The notes under the pieces were generated by a model. The model was not told the DNA's origin and did no database searches. It saw nothing but the letters and a program-made list of their open reading frames with translations. Shown in pieces: positions 58,810 to 64,000 of a stretch of DNA of 64,000 nt. Numbering within the stretch: the stretch's first letter is position 1; the number at the start of each line of letters is the position of its first letter. The DNA is from Octopus sinensis (Eukaryota). The position numbers were made by a program, and so were the translations under genes. Location: the NCBI RefSeq assembly GCF_006345805.1, contig NC_043009.1, forward strand, positions 5,952,001 to 6,016,000. The letters are read 5' to 3'.

Positions 58810-59987
58810 GTTCGAAGCGAAGAAGTATGTATTAATTTATGAAATGTTTCAACAAGGTTTGTCTACACATTTTGAACATGATGCGGCTGGAGAAATATAA
58901 CCTAGTACATTTAATGCATGTATGTAATTTCAGTAAGGTGATTTAAAATGATACTATATGGGAGCCTTTCTATTTCGTGACAGTGTATGTTCTCTTTGAT
59001 ATGATAATTGATAATCATCAGCTGATGTTGTCTTCAATATATCATGTGACATTCGGATCCCAGCTGGAGCTCCAACTGATACGTTTGATTCTTCGATAGT
59101 TTCGCGGAAGTAGTGTTATATGCCAGTCTTTACTTTTAGTGTGACATCTCGGAAATTTACGTACTTTATGTTTACAATTACTGCTAATTTTGTTACGAAA
59201 ATAGTTAAAAGTAATAATTTCTTATTAAATCCATCTCCATCACATGCTTTTACTTCTTATAGCATACAATAAGTCCGTTGTCCCAAGACCTCTGGATAAA
59301 GTCCTCTGCCTTGCAGAGAAGCACACGAAAAGTAACATAACAGGCCTCCCGGAAAGAAAAGAAATTCACGACTCATTTATGGAAAGACGAAACAACAAGC
59401 AAACAGACACAAAATGAGGATTAGAATTATTTCACAAATCTAGAAATCTTTGCACAAAATGACCCTAAAATTCATATTTTAAATATCCCCAAAGCTCCCT
59501 TTCAGAAAGAATTGTAGCAGAATTTTCTTTACCATAGATTCTGCTTTCATGCCTGGCGATAGTCCTTAGATGTAGGCAAGGGGAAATTCTTCAGTAGCTC
59601 TACTTCACTAGAAGCAGAAGTTATGGCTTTCAAAAAACCAATTTTTTGGAGATTCCGTTCCTGGATTGGACTAGCAACTTATCCACTGATGGTCAAATAT
59701 GATGGTAATGTCTACTTGATTTGTGGGACCGAAAGTATAGAAGGAGCTTGATGAACAATAAACATTGGAGCAGCACATTTTAGTGAGGAAAAAACTAATG
59801 CATAACTGAAGCCAATATTCACCGAATCACATCTAGAACGAGCAAAATAATTTACGCCAACCCTTTGTGTCGCCTTCGTAGATAATAAAAAACATATTCA
59901 AATGCTGAAGTCTCAAGGGATACAGAAGTTGAGGTGCGATGCATGAAACTCGGCTACCTGGAAATATTTCATTTGTAATCATTCCAT

Positions 59988-60495
59988 TGAAAGAAGCCCG
60001 TCGTATATATGTATATATATATATGTGTGTGTGTATATGCTTGTGTGCCTGTGTTTGTCCCCCTAGCATTGCTTGACAACCGATGCTGGTGTGTTTACGT
60101 CCCCGTCACTTAGCGGTTCGGCAAAAGATACCGATAGAATAAGTACTGGGCTTACAAAGAAAAAGTCCCGAGGTAGAGTTCCTCGATTATAGGCGGTGCT
60201 CCAGCATGGCCGCAGTCAAATGACTGAAACAAGTAAAAGAGTAAAAGAGTAAAGAGTAAAGGGTATATACGTGTGTGTGTGTGTGTTTGTGGGCCTGTGT
60301 TTGTCCCCCAACATCGCTTGACACCCGATGCTGGTGAGTTTACGTCCCCGTAACGTAGCGGGTCGGAAAAAGAGTTCGATAGAATAAGTACTAGGCTTAC
60401 AAAGAATAAGACCTGGGGTACACTTGTTCGACTAAAGGCGATGCTCCAGCATGGCCACGCTCAAATTACTGAAATACATGAAAGAGTAAAAGAGT
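59988..60495 (+). mobile_element. Two tandem 3' halves of the CORE-like SINE with (TAAAAGAG)n tails
   Basis: TGAAAGAAGCCCGTCG...GCTTGACAACCGATGCTGGTGTGTTTACGTCCCCG...GGCGGTGCTCCAGCATGGCCGCAGTCAAATGACTGAAACAAGTAAAAGAG; second copy 60268-60495. Confidence 0.85.
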
Positions 60496-61329
60496 TAATG
60501 ATAACTCTCAGATTTCATAATTTATCTGAACTTTTCAAATACCTACTTAAGCATCTTTATAAACAAGTATTTGTTATTTTATGTTAAAGATCTTTCTGAA
60601 GTACACCAGTTCATACTTTATTTAACCAACTATTTTACACTGAAGATATTCAAATTATTTTCTCTTAAAAGAAATAATCCTTTTCCCTTTGATTTTCTTT
60701 CAAAGTGGTGCTCCGGCATGGTCGCTGTCAATCGACTGAATCAAGTTAAAGAATAATATGTGTGCCACAGCATTTGGATTGTGCCCTGTAGATGCCGTTT
60801 TCTTCACCATTGTTCCTATCATATTTTATTTGTTTATATTTTTATTAACGTTCCTCAATTGTAATAACTTTCTAAACCAAAGTTTATGGCGTTTCCGCTG
60901 CCGTATCTAAGCACTATAAAGCTGGTTATTCCATGGTTTGACATGTGGCAACTATATTCGCATATATGGAAAACACGACAGTGTGTAACGCTAACATTTG
61001 CATAGATAACAGTTTGAAACACTATCAGAAGGGCTCTAGCGTTCAGTCCGTCGTTCTCATCGCATTCAATTATTGTATTGCCGATTACTAACTGAAATGT
61101 CCATTCATGTCGTTTTTGTTGCATTCCCTCTTTTCACGATTGGATGTATGTTTTCTTTTTTCCCCGTGAATACATAGCTTTTGCAATCATAGAAATGTAA
61201 AGGATTTGCATGTTTCATGTGTTATATATGTGAAGTTTTAGGAGAAATTAGGTTTCGTCAGCACTGACAATGGGGATTTCTTTTCTCTCATTCAGCTATT
61301 AACTTACCCTTTTTTTACTACGTTCGTCA

Positions 61330-61900
61330 TTAAATATCTTGGCAGTTATTCTTTGGCTAGCTCGAATACAGTTACTTTGTCATGTACGGGTGGCTATTGG
61401 CTTTTTCTTTTTTCTCGTGGTATCTGTGATTTTTTTCACGTTGTTATTTCTTCTGAAATTTCTTCAAGTGTTACACGTTGCCGTGGTTATGCATCATCCA
61501 CTGGACATTTATCTTCTTCGCAGCCTTCTAAATATATTATTTTCTATTGATTTCTCTTAATGTTGTCGTTGCATTTATTTTGTTTACGGTTTTACCCAGT
61601 TTTTGGTAAAATTGCTCCTTGTTATTGGCGATCATTTTGTTCCCTTCAAACAACTGTTGCTGCTTTTGAAGAACAATGATTTGCTTTGGGAATCAGTAAA
61701 GATCTTTTTCTTTCGTCGTTTCTTTTTTTTTTTGTTCATAAAGGGAACTTCTTTATTGTTATTATATACTTTTGCAGCAGTTCTTTCTGAATCTTTCCTT
61801 TTATTTATAGTTTTTTCCTTCTTGCTTTCAAGATTGACGTGGTAATAATTTGTTTTGTCTTGCTTTATCTTTATTTGATAGATTTCCACAATGTTTATTT
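61330..61900 (-). mobile_element. Possible heavily degraded LINE ORF fragment (R4/Dong-like)
   Basis: Minus-strand remnants QQLFEGNKMIANNKEQFYQKLGK and VTLEEISEEI resemble pre-RT regions of such LINEs; many stops. Confidence 0.3.
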
Positions 61901-62148
61901 CAGGCTAGAAGTTCTTATCCGAAAGGTTTTCGGATAAGTATTCTGTTTCCACTGTGATTACTGGCAGTCACTTCACATCTCTCTCTCTCTCACAATGTGA
62001 CCAGTTTGTATAGTTAGTTGCATTTCTTGTTATTTTTAGCTAGGTTGTGTTTCTTTTTGCTTTGTTCATCTAAAAGATTTTTAAATAATACTAATTTTTT
62101 AGTTAATAGCTGTTTTAAATTAATATCGTATAGTCAGTGGTTTTTCAG

Positions 62149-62285
62149 ATGTAACTACGGATAATCATTTTATCGATTGCCAGGTTATTTGTAATAGTAT
62201 ATTCTGCATGCATCACGGCACACTTATGAATGAAGAGCGTGCTAGATCCAGTACAGCCCCCGTGAAAATGTTTTGCAACTGCCAG
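62149..62285 (+). CDS. Candidate internal exon encoding an EGF-like motif (phase 1-0)
   Basis: Acceptor GTGGTTTTTCAG, strong donor CAG|GTAGGT, open frame VTTDNHFIDCQVICNSIFCMHHGTLMNEERARSSTAPVKMFCNCQ with C-x4-C-x-HHGT...C-x-C spacing. Confidence 0.6.
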
Positions 62286-62450
62286 GTAGGTCTCTAAAAT
62301 TAGACCACATTTGAATTCGGCTTCTAAATTTACGTGTTCAAACAATGAAGTAGCAACAAAAATGGTTCAATCGAAAATAGCTCTCCCTCCAAATATATGG
62401 ACTTATAACTATATTGATAAATATTGTTATTATGTTTATAAAATAAATAT

Positions 62451-63700
62451 AAGAGAGTGGTCACTATATGGCTCACTCTAGCACCAGTTAATCCAAAAGG
62501 TTTCAACCACGAAAATACATGTTTCCCATGAAAGTCAGTACGATTGTTAGCTCACACGGACAGGGCAAATAAAAAATAACAAAAATACAGATTATTTTGG
62601 GACAATTGTTTCGCTATTAATGATTAAATGTAATTTTACTTACAAAAAAAATCCATTTGTAGCTCGTCAGCCAAAACTATCTGGATGAAATCCACTCAAT
62701 CACACGCCAGATTTTACCATAACGATAAATACGCGTGTGGTTCAATTGATTACATCCGACGCTATAATTCAAATGCCCCAACCAACAGCGCGCCAAACTT
62801 TCACGGAAAACAAATACAGCATTTAGAAATAAATGCAGCATAATTATAATTAATTAATAAGGGTGAGAGAATTAGATACTAATTTAATAGTATATCTATT
62901 CAACACCAGTGGCCTAGTGCTCCGAGAAACCTGGATTGTTATAATATTTTATAACATATTATAATATTTTTACAAAATAAATACAAGAGAGTGGTCACTA
63001 TATGGCTCACTCTAGCACCAGTTAATCCAAAAGGTTTCAACCACGAAAATACATGTTTCCCATGAAAGTCAGTACGATTGTTAGCTCACACGGACAGGGC
63101 AAATAAAAAATAACAAAAATACAGATTATTTTGGGACAATTGTTTCGCTATTATGAATTAAATGTAATTTTACTTACAAAAAAAATCCATTTGTAGCTCG
63201 TCAGCCAAAACTATCTGGATGAAATCCACTCAATCACACGCCAGATTTTACCATAACGATAAATACGCGTGTGGTTCAATTGATTACATCCGACGCTATA
63301 ATTCAAATGCCCCAACCAACAGCGCGCCAAACTTTCACGGAAAACAATACAGCATTTAGAAATAAATGCAGCATAATTATAATTAATTAATAAGGGTGAG
63401 AGAATTAGATACTAATTTAATAGTATATCTATTCAACACCAAGTGGCCTAGTGCTCCGAGAAACCTGGATTGTTATAATATTTTATAACATATTATAATA
63501 TTTTTACAAAATAAATACAAGAGAGTGGTCACTATATGGCTCACTCTAGCACCAGTTAATCCAAAAGGTTTCAACCACGAAAATACATGTTTCCCATGAA
63601 AGTCAGTACGATTGTTAGCTCACACGGACAGGGCAAATAAAAAATAACAAAAATACAGATTATTTTGGGACAATTGTTTCGCTATTAATGAATTAAATGT
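62451..63700 (+). repeat. 534-bp tandem repeat, ~2.3 near-identical copies
   Basis: AAGAGAGTGGTCACTATATGGCTCACTC starts at 62451, 62985 and 63519; copies differ mainly by single-base indels. Confidence 0.95.
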
Positions 63701-64000
63701 AAAAATTACATTAATTCATTAATAGCGAAACAATTGTCCCAAAATAATCTGTATTTTTGTTATTTTTTATTTGCCCTGTCCGTGTGAGCTAACAATCGTA
63801 CTGACTTTCATGGGAAACATGTATTTTCGTGGTTGAAACCTTTTGGATTAACTGGTGCTAGAGTGAGCCATATAGTGACCACTCTCTTATATTTATTTTG
63901 TAAAAATATTATATGTTATAAAATATTATAACAATCCAGGTTTCTCGGAGCACTAGGCCACTTGGTGTTGAATAGAAATACTATTAAATTAGTATCTAAT
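63406..64000. repeat. Near-perfect fold-back palindrome centred at ~63703, running off the window end
   Basis: ...GCTATTAATGAATTAAATGTAA-AAA-TTACATTAATTCATTAATAGC...; 63706-64000 is the reverse complement of ~63406-63702 with a few differences. Confidence 0.95.

Noticed and set aside
62451-63700. Regularly spaced repeats as a CRISPR-like array
   Set aside because: Whole 534-bp units are duplicated with no unique spacers, and the context is eukaryotic with no cas genes.

Overview
AT-rich, microsatellite-saturated eukaryotic DNA. The SINE families and (TA)n/(GATA)n load look like an octopus or other coleoid cephalopod genome (inference from pattern recognition, no database search). Nearly all ORF-track entries are translations of simple repeats and are not genes. 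The window is best read as mostly intronic sequence of a + strand multi-exon gene; a few phase-compatible candidate exons are visible, the last encoding an EGF-like motif. Main contents: (1) a ~6.1 kb, apparently full-length L1/Tx1-group non-LTR retrotransposon on the - strand (52581-58663) with an intact 1145-aa APE-RT-CCHC ORF2 and an ORF1 split by two compensating frameshifts. It and two truncated 3'-UTR copies all sit in (TCTA)n tracts in the same relative orientation, suggesting a (GATA)n-microsatellite-targeting element. (2) A structurally complete type I hammerhead ribozyme fold (24903-24988) inside a small element bounded by 82-bp inverted repeats. (3) A 5'-truncated CR1-type LINE, Penelope and mariner remnants, and many tRNA-derived SINEs. 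(4) A 534-bp tandem repeat ending in a near-perfect fold-back palindrome at the right edge, which could be real or an assembly artefact. All alignments, folds and splice calls were done by eye.
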